Shown piece after piece: positions 1 to 9,331 of a DNA stretch of 64,000 nt (positions are counted from its first letter, which is position 1; the number at the start of each line of letters is the position of its first letter). Under the pieces are notes generated by a model. That model saw only the letters and a list, made by a program, of their open reading frames with translations, made no database searches and was not told the DNA's origin. Origin of the DNA: Acidobacteriota bacterium (lineage in GTDB: Bacteria > Acidobacteriota > UBA4820 > DSQY01); the NCBI GenBank assembly GCA_049967655.1, contig JBMFSH010000012.1:1-64000 (forward strand). Reading direction: 5' to 3'. The position numbers and the translations under genes were made by a program.

Positions 1-77
1 TCCCCGTCCAGGAGACAACGCCTTTCCCCCGTGAACCCGAGCGGTAGCCGGAGGCACCCGCGTTTCCATCGCGGAAT
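1..77 (+). repeat. Dispersed structured repeat, copy A (cut by window edge)
   Basis: 75/77 identical by eye to the reverse complement of 11537-11613; also similar to 19667-19737 and 39105-39180. Confidence 0.9.
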
Positions 78-141
78 CAGGGTAGGGTGGAGGCTTGGCT
101 GGGAGGAGGAGGCACTGCTCCCCTCCCCGCGCCGCGGCGTC

Positions 142-1968
142 CTAGAGCCCGAGTTTCCGCTCGTCCTCGCCGTCTCCCAGGCCATGCGCCTGCTGATACT
201 CCCGCTCCAGCTCCTCGAGACGGTATCGGTCCGTTCCCGTCTCCTTTAGGAACCGTTCCCGCAACTCCGTCTGGTGCGATTCGAGGACCTTCGGAAGGAT
301 GTGGTTGAGATACTCGCTCTCCCGCTTCACCGCCTCCAGCGCCGAAGCGAAGGTCCCCGGCGGCACGGAGAGGGGCCGCCCTTCGCGCTTGGCCATCTCC
401 CCCTCCACCTCCCGCTGGAGAAGGCGGACGTGCACCGGATTCGACAGGTTGAAGTAGGACTGTTTCAGCCGGGCGCGAATGCCCTCGTAGAGACGCCGCT
501 CCGCCACCTCGACCTGCGCGATGGCCTCCACCTGGCGCACCAGGTCCCCCAGCGTGGCCTCCCCGCGCTCCAGCCGGCCCAACCCCTCCACCAGAACCAG
601 AACCTTCTCGCGTCCGAACCTTAGAGCGTAGGGGTTGTTCAGGGCGGGCTCCACCACCAACCGCCGAAAGAGCCCGGCCTCCACGGCATCGAGGGCCCTC
701 TGGTTGCCGACCAGGGAACGCACCTTGCTCTCGCTCACCGTGGCCTGCTCCATGAAGGCCAACTGGTTGATGACGGCCTCGGCGTTGTCCAGACGGTCGA
801 AGAAGGTGATGACCTCCGAAAACACCTCGAAGGAGGCCAGATCTCCCCCCTGGGCTACGCGCTCATCCAGCATCCTGCCCGTGTCCAGAAGGATCTGCTC
901 GAAGCCGTTGTCCCGGTGCTGAACGGCTTGCTGCTTGCAGCCGAGCAGCCTGGCGATTTCGGGCGGCCCGATGACCTCGGCCGCGGGCTTGCTGGCGATG
1001 AAGAGGCTCTCGAAGATTTCTCGGGTCTGCCTGAGGTAGTCCGGCTCGCTGTCCCTGGCCGCGGAGGCCGCCGGGATCAGTCCGTCCAGCGTGTCAAAAA
1101 GGCTGCTCGGAAGGTTGTGGCGCATGGCCAGCCTTCGTAGGGAGTTGAGCCGGGCCAGGGCGGAGGGATCCATCTGGCCGGACATGATCCCCAGGAGAAG
1201 GTCCTTGTATTCGTCCACCAGCTGGCGGTTGCTCTCCTCCTTGTAAAGGATGTCGATGGCGATGCGCTCCCGCTGGTACTCCTCGACCCCTGTCTCCTCG
1301 GCGAAGGGGATGACGAACTGCTCCTCCTGGCTTCCCCAGATGCCGACCCGCCGATAGTAGTCCCGGACGAACTGGTAAAACCGCTGGTAGGGCTTGTGAA
1401 CCAGGCGCAGGAGAAGCAGGGTGGCATCCGGATCGGCCAGCTCCTTGAGGATCTCCCCCACCAGGTCGCTGTCCGCCCCTTCGCCGGGAAAGGGGCTCCG
1501 TTTGAGTACCCGCCCCAGGGTCCTCAGGAGCGTCTCTTGGGTCCGGCGGACCGAGTAGGGCCATGGGACTTTGATCAAAAAGTAGTAGTTGCCGACGGCG
1601 TTTCCGTCCAGAAAGAGGCTCTCGTAGCTCTGGAAGCCGGAAAGCTGCGGCGTGAAGGTCAATCCGCCTTCACCGGCCACGGCCCCGAACATGACCAGCC
1701 TGTTCTTGACCTCCTTGTGGCTGAGGTCCTGCAACGGCATGGGGGAGCCGAACATGTACTCCGAAACCACCCCGCCCGTCCCCGAGAAGGTGATCCCCTT
1801 CCCATTCAGCCGAAGGTACATGCCGGCGAGGAAGAAGGAGGCCTCCGACCCATCCGCCCCCTCCTTCATCTCGTAGAAGGGGGCCGTCAGCAGCTTCTCG
1901 CCGGCCAGATTGGCGTAGAAATCGATCTCCTGGGTGATGCTCCCGTGAACCCGGATGTCCTTCAGCAT
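142..1968 (-). CDS. Uncharacterised ~608 aa protein resembling the TIGR04442 family
   Basis: Long ORF with coding-like codon usage; N-terminus MLKDIRVHG and FSGTGG..SEYMFG recalled from TIGR04442 proteins; start taken at ATG 1968 (alternative GTG 2004). Confidence 0.7.
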   Translation of the reverse strand: MLKDIRVHGSITQEIDFYANLAGEKLLTAPFYEMKEGADGSEASFFLAGMYLRLNGKGITFSGTGGVVSEYMFGSPMPLQDLSHKEVKNRLVMFGAVAGEGGLTFTPQLSGFQSYESLFLDGNAVGNYYFLIKVPWPYSVRRTQETLLRTLGRVLKRSPFPGEGADSDLVGEILKELADPDATLLLLRLVHKPYQRFYQFVRDYYRRVGIWGSQEEQFVIPFAEETGVEEYQRERIAIDILYKEESNRQLVDEYKDLLLGIMSGQMDPSALARLNSLRRLAMRHNLPSSLFDTLDGLIPAASAARDSEPDYLRQTREIFESLFIASKPAAEVIGPPEIARLLGCKQQAVQHRDNGFEQILLDTGRMLDERVAQGGDLASFEVFSEVITFFDRLDNAEAVINQLAFMEQATVSESKVRSLVGNQRALDAVEAGLFRRLVVEPALNNPYALRFGREKVLVLVEGLGRLERGEATLGDLVRQVEAIAQVEVAERRLYEGIRARLKQSYFNLSNPVHVRLLQREVEGEMAKREGRPLSVPPGTFASALEAVKRESEYLNHILPKVLESHQTELRERFLKETGTDRYRLEELEREYQQAHGLGDGEDERKLGL

Positions 1969-2032
1969 AACCACTCCAAGGTCCGGATTGTACCAGAGCC
2001 TCACGCCGCGGGCACGATCGCCGGCCTGGCGC

Positions 2033-2134
2033 GTGGAGGGTGGAGGGTGGAGAATGGAGAGTGGAGAGGAAGAACAATCTCATGCAGGTTCAAGGTTCGG
2101 AGGACACTCCACTCTCCCCACTCAACCCTCCACC
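2033..2134. repeat. Inverted heptamer arrays (GTGGAGR)x5 facing a complementary (CACTCCA-like)x4 array
   Basis: gtggagg gtggagg gtggaga atggaga gtggaga at 2033-2067; cactcca ctctccc cactcaa ccctcca at 2105-2134. Confidence 0.75.
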
Positions 2135-2211
2135 GTTCCCGTCCGGCATTTCCGGATAGGAACTCCATAGACGCCATGCCTTCATCGCCCAATCGAAGGC
2201 GCGCTGTGCTA

Positions 2212-2241
2212 TTGACACGCCGCGCAAGAAGCTCATATAAT
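2212..2241 (+). promoter_or_regulatory. Sigma70 promoter of the rplU operon
   Basis: TTGACA (2212-2217), 18 bp spacer, TATAAT (2236-2241), upstream of GGAGGT SD and rplU ATG. Confidence 0.85.
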
Positions 2242-2268
2242 ATAGGTTCGTACGGTCCGGAGGTGTCT

Positions 2269-2577
2269 ATGTACGCGATCATCGAAAGTGGCGGCAAGCA
2301 GCACCGGGTGACCGCCGGGGATAAAATCAAGGTCGAGCTCCTGCACCAGGAGGAGGGCAGCGAAGTGAGCTGGCCCCCGCTTCTCGTGGTGGACGGGGAC
2401 AAGGTGTGGGCAACGGGGGATTCCGGGGCCTTCACGGTGACGGGCAAGGTGGTGGGCGAGGGCAAGCTGCGCAAGATCCTCGTGTTCCACAAGAAGCGCC
2501 GCAAGCAGTACAAGAAGATCTACGGCCATCGCCAGCCCTACACCCAGGTGGAAATCCTGAGCATCGCCAAGGGTTGA
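2269..2577 (+). CDS. rplU: 50S ribosomal protein L21
   Basis: [14 protein letters not shown]...GHRQPYT; SD ggaggt; true start is internal to the 1396..2577 ORF. Confidence 0.97.
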   Translation: MYAIIESGGKQHRVTAGDKIKVELLHQEEGSEVSWPPLLVVDGDKVWATGDSGAFTVTGKVVGEGKLRKILVFHKKRRKQYKKIYGHRQPYTQVEILSIAKG

Positions 2578-2590
2578 TTCGGAGAGGACC

Positions 2591-2848
2591 ATGGCACACA
2601 AGAAAGGTCAAGGCAGTTCCCGCAACGGCCGCGACAGCAACTCCCAGCGGCTGGGCATGAAGCGCTTCGGCGGCCAGGTCGTGAAGGCGGGGACCATCCT
2701 GGTCCGGCAGCGCGGGACTCCCTACAAAGCCGGCATCCAGGTGGGGCGCGGCAGCGACGACACCCTCTACGCGCTCGCGGATGGCGTGGTGTCCTTCCGT
2801 CACCGGGGCAAGCTGGGGCTCTACGTCGACGTCGTCTCTCCGCAGTAG
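2591..2848 (+). CDS. rpmA: 50S ribosomal protein L27
   Basis: [16 protein letters not shown]...RLG.K. Confidence 0.98.
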   Translation: MAHKKGQGSSRNGRDSNSQRLGMKRFGGQVVKAGTILVRQRGTPYKAGIQVGRGSDDTLYALADGVVSFRHRGKLGLYVDVVSPQ

Positions 2849-2854
2849 CGGCGA

Positions 2855-3859
2855 ATGTTCCTCGACTCGGCACGGATCTTCGTCAAGGCGGGCCGCGGCG
2901 GGTCGGGATGCGTGAGTTTTCGCCGGGAAAAATTCGTCCCCAAGGGCGGTCCCAACGGCGGAGACGGAGGCAGGGGTGGTAGTGTGATCCTTGTCGCCAG
3001 ATCCCAGGTCCGGACGTTGGTGGCGTTCCGCTACAAGAAGAGCTTCATCGCCCCCAACGGGAAGCCGGGAGAGGGGAGTCTGCGCACGGGAGCCTCCGGG
3101 CGAGATCTGCTGGTGCCCGTGCCTCCCGGCACGGTTGTCCTCGCCGACGAGGGGGACGAGGTTTTGGCGGACCTGGTGGAGCCCCGCCAGCGCTTTGTCG
3201 TGGCCCAAGGAGGAAGAGGCGGCCGGGGCAATGCGCGGTTCAAAAGCGCCACCCACCAGGCCCCCAGAGAATTCGATCCCGGCGAGGAGGGCCCATCCCG
3301 ATGGATCCGCCTGGAGCTAAAACTCCTCGCCGACGTTGGGCTGGTGGGGCTTCCCAACGCTGGGAAATCCACCTTCCTGGCCGCCGTCACCAACGCCAAA
3401 CCGAAGATAGCCCCTTACCCCTTCACCACCCTGCGGCCCATCCTGGGAGTCGTGGAATGGACCCGCCGTCGCTCCTTTGTCATCGCCGACATTCCCGGCC
3501 TCATCGAGGGGGCCCACCACGGCGTGGGGCTGGGGGATCAGTTTCTCAAGCACGTGGAGCGCACCCGGGTTCTCCTTCACCTGGTGGACCTCTCCGATGA
3601 GGCGTCCAACCCGCTCGAACGGGTGATGACGGTGGAGCATGAGCTCACCGCCTACGGCGCTGGTCTGGACCAGAAGCCCGTCGTCATCGTGGGCACCAAG
3701 GACGACATCCCCTTCGATCCGGAGAAGGAGGGCGCCCTGCGGGAGTACGCCGCCCGCCGCGGCCTCCCCTACCACCGGATTTCGGCCGCGGCCCACAAGG
3801 GCCTGCACGGGCTCCTGGCGGAGGCCTGGGGCTACCTGTCTGACGAGGAGGAGGCATGA
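2855..3859 (+). CDS. obgE: GTPase ObgE/CgtA
   Basis: Gly-rich Obg fold; GLPNAGKST, YPFTT and DIPG motifs; rplU-rpmA-obg synteny. Confidence 0.97.
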   Translation: MFLDSARIFVKAGRGGSGCVSFRREKFVPKGGPNGGDGGRGGSVILVARSQVRTLVAFRYKKSFIAPNGKPGEGSLRTGASGRDLLVPVPPGTVVLADEGDEVLADLVEPRQRFVVAQGGRGGRGNARFKSATHQAPREFDPGEEGPSRWIRLELKLLADVGLVGLPNAGKSTFLAAVTNAKPKIAPYPFTTLRPILGVVEWTRRRSFVIADIPGLIEGAHHGVGLGDQFLKHVERTRVLLHLVDLSDEASNPLERVMTVEHELTAYGAGLDQKPVVIVGTKDDIPFDPEKEGALREYAARRGLPYHRISAAAHKGLHGLLAEAWGYLSDEEEA

Positions 3860-4440
3860 GGATCGGCCTGCTGGGGGGCAGCTTTGACCCCCCGCACAAC
3901 GGCCACCTGCACCTGGCCCGAATCGCCTCCCAAGCCCTCGACCTGGATTCGATCCTGTTCATTCCATGCCACCGGCAACCCCTCAAGGCCGAGGCGCCTC
4001 ACGCCTCCGGATTCCATCGCGCGGCCATGGTCGCGCTGGCGCTCTCGGGCCACCGCCGGTGGTTGCTGGAAAGCCTCGAATTGGAGAGGGGGGAGGTCTC
4101 CTACACCGCCGATACGGTGGAGGCGCTGGGCGTGCGTTTCTCCGGGGCCCGACTTATCCTTCTGCTGGGCGCCGACGCCCTGGCCACCTTTCCCCGCTGG
4201 CACCGGTTTCGAGACATCCTGGCGGCGGCTGAACTCGCCGTTGCGCCGAGGGGAAGGGGCGGATCCCTGTCCGTCCCCAGAAGCCTGCCCGCCTCGCGCG
4301 TTCACCTCTTGAACGGGGAGCTGCTGGAGGCGAGCTCCACCCTCATTCGGCAAGCTGTCGCCGCCGGCCGATCCGCGGGGGACATGACGCCCCGCCGCGT
4401 GGCGGCTTATATTCGGAAGGAAGGGCTCTACCGTGGATGA
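3856..4440 (+). CDS. nadD: Nicotinate-nucleotide adenylyltransferase
   Basis: GGSFDPPHNGH, SYT and SST motifs. Confidence 0.95.
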   Translation: MRIGLLGGSFDPPHNGHLHLARIASQALDLDSILFIPCHRQPLKAEAPHASGFHRAAMVALALSGHRRWLLESLELERGEVSYTADTVEALGVRFSGARLILLLGADALATFPRWHRFRDILAAAELAVAPRGRGGSLSVPRSLPASRVHLLNGELLEASSTLIRQAVAAGRSAGDMTPRRVAAYIRKEGLYRG

Positions 4441-4819
4441 ACCGAAGCGCCGCGTCGGGGAGGAGGAACCGGTGAAGGCTGATGAGAGACAAATCCTGGC
4501 GGGGATCGTGAGGATCCTGGAGGATGGGAAGGCTCTGGATCCCGTTATCCTGGATCTTCGCAAGTTGACGAGCATGACCGACTACTTCGCCATAGCTCAC
4601 GGCACCAATACCCGGCAGGTTCAGGCCCTGGCCCGCGACCTGCAGGACGCCCTCCGGGAGGAGTTTCAACTCCGTCCCCACCACGTGGAAGGCCTCTCCC
4701 ACGGCCAGTGGGTCCTCCTCGACTACGGCTCCTTCATCATCCACCTGATGCTGGAGGACAAGCGCGAATTTTACAGCCTGGAACGCATCTGGATGGACGC
4801 CCCTCGGGTATCGCCGTGA
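4433..4819 (+). CDS. rsfS: Ribosome silencing factor RsfS
   Basis: DGKALD, DYFAIAHG, WVLLDYG and FYSLERIW motifs; follows nadD. Confidence 0.95.
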   Translation: MDEPKRRVGEEEPVKADERQILAGIVRILEDGKALDPVILDLRKLTSMTDYFAIAHGTNTRQVQALARDLQDALREEFQLRPHHVEGLSHGQWVLLDYGSFIIHLMLEDKREFYSLERIWMDAPRVSP

Positions 4820-5739
4820 CTCCTCCCCGAACGGTGGGCCGCGACCCGGCCTTCCGCGCGGCGGTGCAGTTGGTCCGGCGGGTGGCCCGTGAATCTAGCC
4901 CCGTGCTCCTGGTGGGACCGACGGGATGCGGGAAGAGCCACCTGGCGCAATGGCTCCATCACTGGGGTCCCCGCCGGGGACCCTTCCTGGAATGGCACAC
5001 CGGGGCCGCGCCCGAGACCCTGCTGGAGGCGGAACTCTTCGGCATCCATTCGGGAACCGCGACGGATGTGGCGGAGAGGCCGGGTCTCTTCGAAAGGGCC
5101 GGGGAGGGGACGCTCTGCATGGCGGGCGTGGAGGCGCTGCCGAGCCATCAGCAGGCAGCCCTGCTGCGAGTCCTCGAGACCCGCCAGGTGGAACGCGTGG
5201 GCGGTGGCCGCCCGGTCCAGGTTCTGGCCCGCCTGTGCGCGACCTTCCTGGACTCCCCCGAACTCCTCGTCCAGCGGGGAACCCTCCGGCCCGACCTGCT
5301 CTACCGGCTGGACGTCATCCGGATCGAGATCCCGCCCCTGGCCCAGCGCCCCGGAGACGTCCCGATCCTCGCCGACCTCTTCCTCGGCCAATCCTGCCGC
5401 CGGATCCATCGGGAGAAGCCCCGCATGTCCCAGGAGCTCATCGAGGCCCTGAAGAGCCACCCCTGGCCGGGCAACTGCCGGGAGCTCGCCCACCGGATGG
5501 AGCACCTCGCCATGGTAGGGGCGGACCCCCTCACGCCGGCGGATCTCCCCCCGGCTTTCTGGGGTGGAGGCGAACGCCTGGAGACGGCGATCCGCCAGCG
5601 CCTCACGCTGTCAGAGCTTCGGAACGCGTACATGCACGAAGTACTGGCCCGCGTAGGCGGGAACCGGACCCAGGCCGCGAAGTGGCTGGGCATCAGCCGC
5701 AAGGCCCTCTGGAGCCATTTGAGGGGCGAAGTCAGATAG
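4816..5739 (+). CDS. Sigma54-activator-like AAA+ and Fis-HTH protein with no sensory domain and degenerate motifs
   Basis: GPTGCGKS Walker A, ELFG, RPDLLYRL, WPGNCREL, GNRTQAAKWLGISR HTH; GTG start overlaps the rsfS stop. Confidence 0.85.
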   Translation: MTPPRTVGRDPAFRAAVQLVRRVARESSPVLLVGPTGCGKSHLAQWLHHWGPRRGPFLEWHTGAAPETLLEAELFGIHSGTATDVAERPGLFERAGEGTLCMAGVEALPSHQQAALLRVLETRQVERVGGGRPVQVLARLCATFLDSPELLVQRGTLRPDLLYRLDVIRIEIPPLAQRPGDVPILADLFLGQSCRRIHREKPRMSQELIEALKSHPWPGNCRELAHRMEHLAMVGADPLTPADLPPAFWGGGERLETAIRQRLTLSELRNAYMHEVLARVGGNRTQAAKWLGISRKALWSHLRGEVR

Positions 5740-5761
5740 GGTATAGTGTGAGGCCAATCGG

Positions 5762-6223
5762 ATGTGGGAGATCTTGCTGTTGCACGTGGGAAGGATCTCG
5801 GACGAGGGGATCGGGCGCACCGTGGAGCGTTACGTGAAAATGGTCGGAGGGGAGTGGAGGTTCCGCGTGGAGCCCGTTCGGCGCTCCCGCAAGAAGGAGC
5901 CCCAGGCGTGCAAGACGGAGGAGGCGGGCTTTCTGGCCCGACGGATTCCCAAGGGCTGCTTGGCGGTGGCCCTGGACCCCGGAGGCCGGACCATGGACAG
6001 CGAAGGCTTCGCCGGCCTCCTGCAGCGTCAAAAGGACGCCGGCAAGCGCGTGGCCTTTCTCGTGGGCGGTCCCCACGGCCTGGGCCCTGAGGCCCTCGAT
6101 CTCGCCGAGATCCGGCTGAGCCTCTCTCCCATGACCCTCACTCACGACATGGCCACGCTGGTCCTCGCCGAACAAGTCTATCGAGCCTTCGCCCGCTGCA
6201 CGGGAAGAGCCTACGCCAAATAG
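5762..6223 (+). CDS. rlmH: 23S rRNA pseudouridine-1915 N3-methyltransferase
   Basis: LDPGG..DSE, FLVGGPHG, SLSPMTLTH and EQVYRA SPOUT motifs. Confidence 0.93.
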   Translation: MWEILLLHVGRISDEGIGRTVERYVKMVGGEWRFRVEPVRRSRKKEPQACKTEEAGFLARRIPKGCLAVALDPGGRTMDSEGFAGLLQRQKDAGKRVAFLVGGPHGLGPEALDLAEIRLSLSPMTLTHDMATLVLAEQVYRAFARCTGRAYAK

Positions 6224-6240
6224 CGTAAAGAGGAGTCTCC

Positions 6241-6600
6241 ATGGACAAGAAAACCCTGAAGCACTTCGAGAAATTGCTCCTGGACAAGAGGGCGGAACTC
6301 CAGAGCGCCTACCGCGATAAGCTCTCCAGAAGCGGGGACGCGGGGGCGGACGGGGCGCTGGACTCGGCCGACGAGGCTTCTGCCAACTACAACAAGGAGT
6401 TCTGGTACTCCCTCTCGGACGCGGACCGGAAGATCATGCGGCGGATTGACGAGGCGCTCCGGGTCATCGCCACGGAGGGAGGCTACGGGGAGTGCGTCCA
6501 CTGCGGCAAGCCCATCCAGCGAAAGCGGCTCGAGGCCGTTCCCTGGGCCCGCCACTGCCTCGAGTGCCAGGATTTGCAGGAACGCGGGCTCATCGAGTGA
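6241..6600 (+). CDS. dksA: TraR/DksA C4-type zinc finger protein
   Basis: DxxDxA motif (DSADEA); YGECVHCG..I...RLEAVPWARHCLECQ. Confidence 0.85.
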   Translation: MDKKTLKHFEKLLLDKRAELQSAYRDKLSRSGDAGADGALDSADEASANYNKEFWYSLSDADRKIMRRIDEALRVIATEGGYGECVHCGKPIQRKRLEAVPWARHCLECQDLQERGLIE

Positions 6601-6610
6601 CCGAACCGGC

Positions 6611-7987
6611 ATGCGCCTGAAAACCGCCCTCATCACCGGGACGCTGATCCTGTTGATGGCCCTCCTTCTGGGACTCGTCTCCAGGAACGTGGAGGTCTTG
6701 AGAGAGCCCTTCATCTTCTTCGGGCTCCGAGTTCCCATGGCCTGGGTGCTGACGGTCGCCCTCCTGGCCGGTTTCCTCAGCTTCGCCGTCTGGATCGCCG
6801 CCAGCGGGTTGGCCCAGGTGGTGCGGCGGTGGCTGACGGACCTGAGGCGCCAGAGCGAGAGGGCGGCCGAGGAGCACTATCTCAAAGGGCTCGACGCCGT
6901 CCTGGGAAGCCGGCCCTTTGAAGCCATCAACCACTTCCAACACGCCCTGGAGTCTCAGCCCAACTACCTGCCCGCGCTCCTCAAGCTGGGCGATGCCCTC
7001 CGCTCCGCCGGTCGTCCCCAAGAGGCGCTGGCCTACCACCGGGAGGCCCTCAACGAACACCCCGAGGACATCCCGACGCTCTACGCGCTCACCGAAGACG
7101 CCCTGGCGCTCCAGGACCACGAGGAGGCGAAGCGGTACCTGCTGGAGATCATCCGCATTCAGCCGCGCCGGGCTCTCAAGGGCATGCGGATGCTGAGGGA
7201 CCTCTACATCAAGGAGGGCAATTGGCGCCGGGCGCTCGATATCCAGGAGCACATCGGGGAGGCGAGGGTTCTGGAGGAGGAGCGGGCCGAGGACGCTCCG
7301 TTCACGCCCGGCCTGCTGTACCAGATCGGGGTGGACCTCCTGCTCCAGGACAAGCACGGCGAAGCGATCGCTCAGTTGGAAAAGGTCCGAAAGAAGTATC
7401 CGGCGTTTCAGGCCACCTACCTGAAGCTCGCCGAAGCTTACCTCTTGAACGGCGAGGAGCAGAAGGCGGTGGACACCTACATCGACGGATACCGCAAAAA
7501 TGCCTTCCCCACCTGCCTGCTGGCCATGGAACAGCTCTATCTCGACAAGGGGGACCCGGAGGGCGCCATCCAGCAGTACCAAGCCCTCATCGCCTCCACG
7601 GATCGGAAGGTCCTGCCCAAGTTCCTGCTCGGGCGGTTCTTCTACCGGCTGGAGATTCTCGACCGGGCCGAGCAGATCCTCAGGGAGGTCGAGAGCAACG
7701 TCGGCCAGTCGGGCCTTCTCCAGTATTACCTGGGACGGGTGAGGGAGAGGCGCGGAGACCTTGCCAAGGCCTGCGACCACTACCGGGAAGTCATCCGCAT
7801 TTTGGATCCCTTCGAATTCAACTACGAGTGCACCTCCTGCCACCAGCCCTCTCCCGAGTGGAAGGACTACTGCACCCAATGCCAGCGCTGGGACACCTTC
7901 CTCCCCACGTTCCGTGACGAGCTGCTGCAGGAGATCCACGAGCCCAGCCCGGTCTTCTACCAAGAGATCCAGTGGAAACCCCGATGA
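6611..7987 (+). CDS. LapA-like membrane domain fused to LapB/YciM-like TPR-rubredoxin protein (LPS assembly)
   Basis: Two N-terminal TM segments, YLKGL, multiple TPRs, C-terminal YECTSC...W...CTQC..WDTF. Confidence 0.8.
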   Translation: MRLKTALITGTLILLMALLLGLVSRNVEVLREPFIFFGLRVPMAWVLTVALLAGFLSFAVWIAASGLAQVVRRWLTDLRRQSERAAEEHYLKGLDAVLGSRPFEAINHFQHALESQPNYLPALLKLGDALRSAGRPQEALAYHREALNEHPEDIPTLYALTEDALALQDHEEAKRYLLEIIRIQPRRALKGMRMLRDLYIKEGNWRRALDIQEHIGEARVLEEERAEDAPFTPGLLYQIGVDLLLQDKHGEAIAQLEKVRKKYPAFQATYLKLAEAYLLNGEEQKAVDTYIDGYRKNAFPTCLLAMEQLYLDKGDPEGAIQQYQALIASTDRKVLPKFLLGRFFYRLEILDRAEQILREVESNVGQSGLLQYYLGRVRERRGDLAKACDHYREVIRILDPFEFNYECTSCHQPSPEWKDYCTQCQRWDTFLPTFRDELLQEIHEPSPVFYQEIQWKPR

Positions 7988-8009
7988 GGCCGTCACCCCC
8001 CAGCTCCCC

Positions 8010-9317
8010 ATGACCGACTCGGACCTGAGCCAGGGCATCGCGTTGTTGTCCGCCGCCGGATTCGACGCGTGGGAAGCCTTTCACCTTCGGCGCACCGCGC
8101 GGACCGCCCTTATCACTGGGGAGTCGGATCTGAAGCTGCTCGCCATCGAGGAGGCCGGGCTCGGGATCCGGGTCTGCCGCGGAGGCAGGCGGGGCTTCGC
8201 CTCCACCACGGACTTGGGGCTGCGGGGGATCCAGGCTCTTCTGGACCGCCTCGACGCCGTGGTCCGGTCCGCCGAGCCCGAAGCGCCGTGGACTTTGGCG
8301 GAGCCTCCAAGCGGCGCGGCGGGCGGCTCCCCGACCACCTCAGCGTCGCCCCCCCTCGATTGGCGAGAGGCCGAATCTATGCTTCAGGAGGCCGCCTCCG
8401 CCGCCCGCGGGCCCGGCCTGGCGGTCGGGGAGTGCCGCCTGCGCCAGGCCGAGGAGCGCATCAGCATCTGCAACAGCCGTGGCCTCACCGTAAACTTCGA
8501 GCGGCGCCGCTCCTCCCTCTCCGTAGCCTGCAGGACCGACGTAGGCGACCACTCAGGCCGTTTTTCCCAGTTCGGGGCCACACCCAGGGAGATGGATGCG
8601 GCCTCCGCGGGCCGCCGGGCCGCCATGCGGACCGCCGCTCGGACGGCCCGCAAGGCTCGCCTTCCGGCCAAGGCCACCGTGGTACTCGGCCCCTGGGCGA
8701 CGGCCTCCCTTTTGCGGCGCCTCACTCCCTGCCTTGCGGGCGAGGGCGAGCGCTCCTGGAGGTCAATCCTCGGAGAAGCGGTCGGCTCGGGTGCCATGAC
8801 GCTCGTGGATGATCCCCGGTTGCCCGGCGGCGCCGGGAGTTCGCCCTTCGACGATGAGGGAGTGCCGGCGGAACCCCTTTGCCTGGCGGCGAAGGGCATC
8901 CTACGGGCCCTGGCCCACCATTGCGGCTCCGCCGCCAAGGCCGGAAGCGCGAGCACGGGACACGGCCTCCGCATGGGCTTTGCCCATCTACCCGAAGTCG
9001 GCTTTCACAACCTCCACCTGGCGGGAGAGCACGGCCTCACCCCCGAAGCCCTCCTCGATAAGGCCGGCCCCTGCCTTTACCTGGAAGAGCTGGCCGGCCC
9101 GCCTCCGTTCCACTCGGGGTACGGCCGTCTCCTCACGGGGTGGGGATGGGCGCTCCGCAACGGCGAGCCGACGGGGGCGGTGGACCCGGTCTGCCTGGCC
9201 GACACCCTGCCGGACCTCCTTCTCAAACTCGTCCGGGTGGCCGGCCAGCCGCTCACCTTTCCCGGCGGAACCGCCGGAACGACGGCCCTCTTCGAGGATG
9301 TTCGAATGGCCGGATGA
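8010..9317 (+). CDS. TldE/PmbA-family protein
   Basis: GLGIRV..GRRGFAST, ICNSRG, DDP...GSSPFDDEG, STGHG; lacks HExxxH so PmbA-like. Confidence 0.8.
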   Translation: MTDSDLSQGIALLSAAGFDAWEAFHLRRTARTALITGESDLKLLAIEEAGLGIRVCRGGRRGFASTTDLGLRGIQALLDRLDAVVRSAEPEAPWTLAEPPSGAAGGSPTTSASPPLDWREAESMLQEAASAARGPGLAVGECRLRQAEERISICNSRGLTVNFERRRSSLSVACRTDVGDHSGRFSQFGATPREMDAASAGRRAAMRTAARTARKARLPAKATVVLGPWATASLLRRLTPCLAGEGERSWRSILGEAVGSGAMTLVDDPRLPGGAGSSPFDDEGVPAEPLCLAAKGILRALAHHCGSAAKAGSASTGHGLRMGFAHLPEVGFHNLHLAGEHGLTPEALLDKAGPCLYLEELAGPPPFHSGYGRLLTGWGWALRNGEPTGAVDPVCLADTLPDLLLKLVRVAGQPLTFPGGTAGTTALFEDVRMAG

Positions 9318-9331
9318 TGCAGTGGCCGGGG

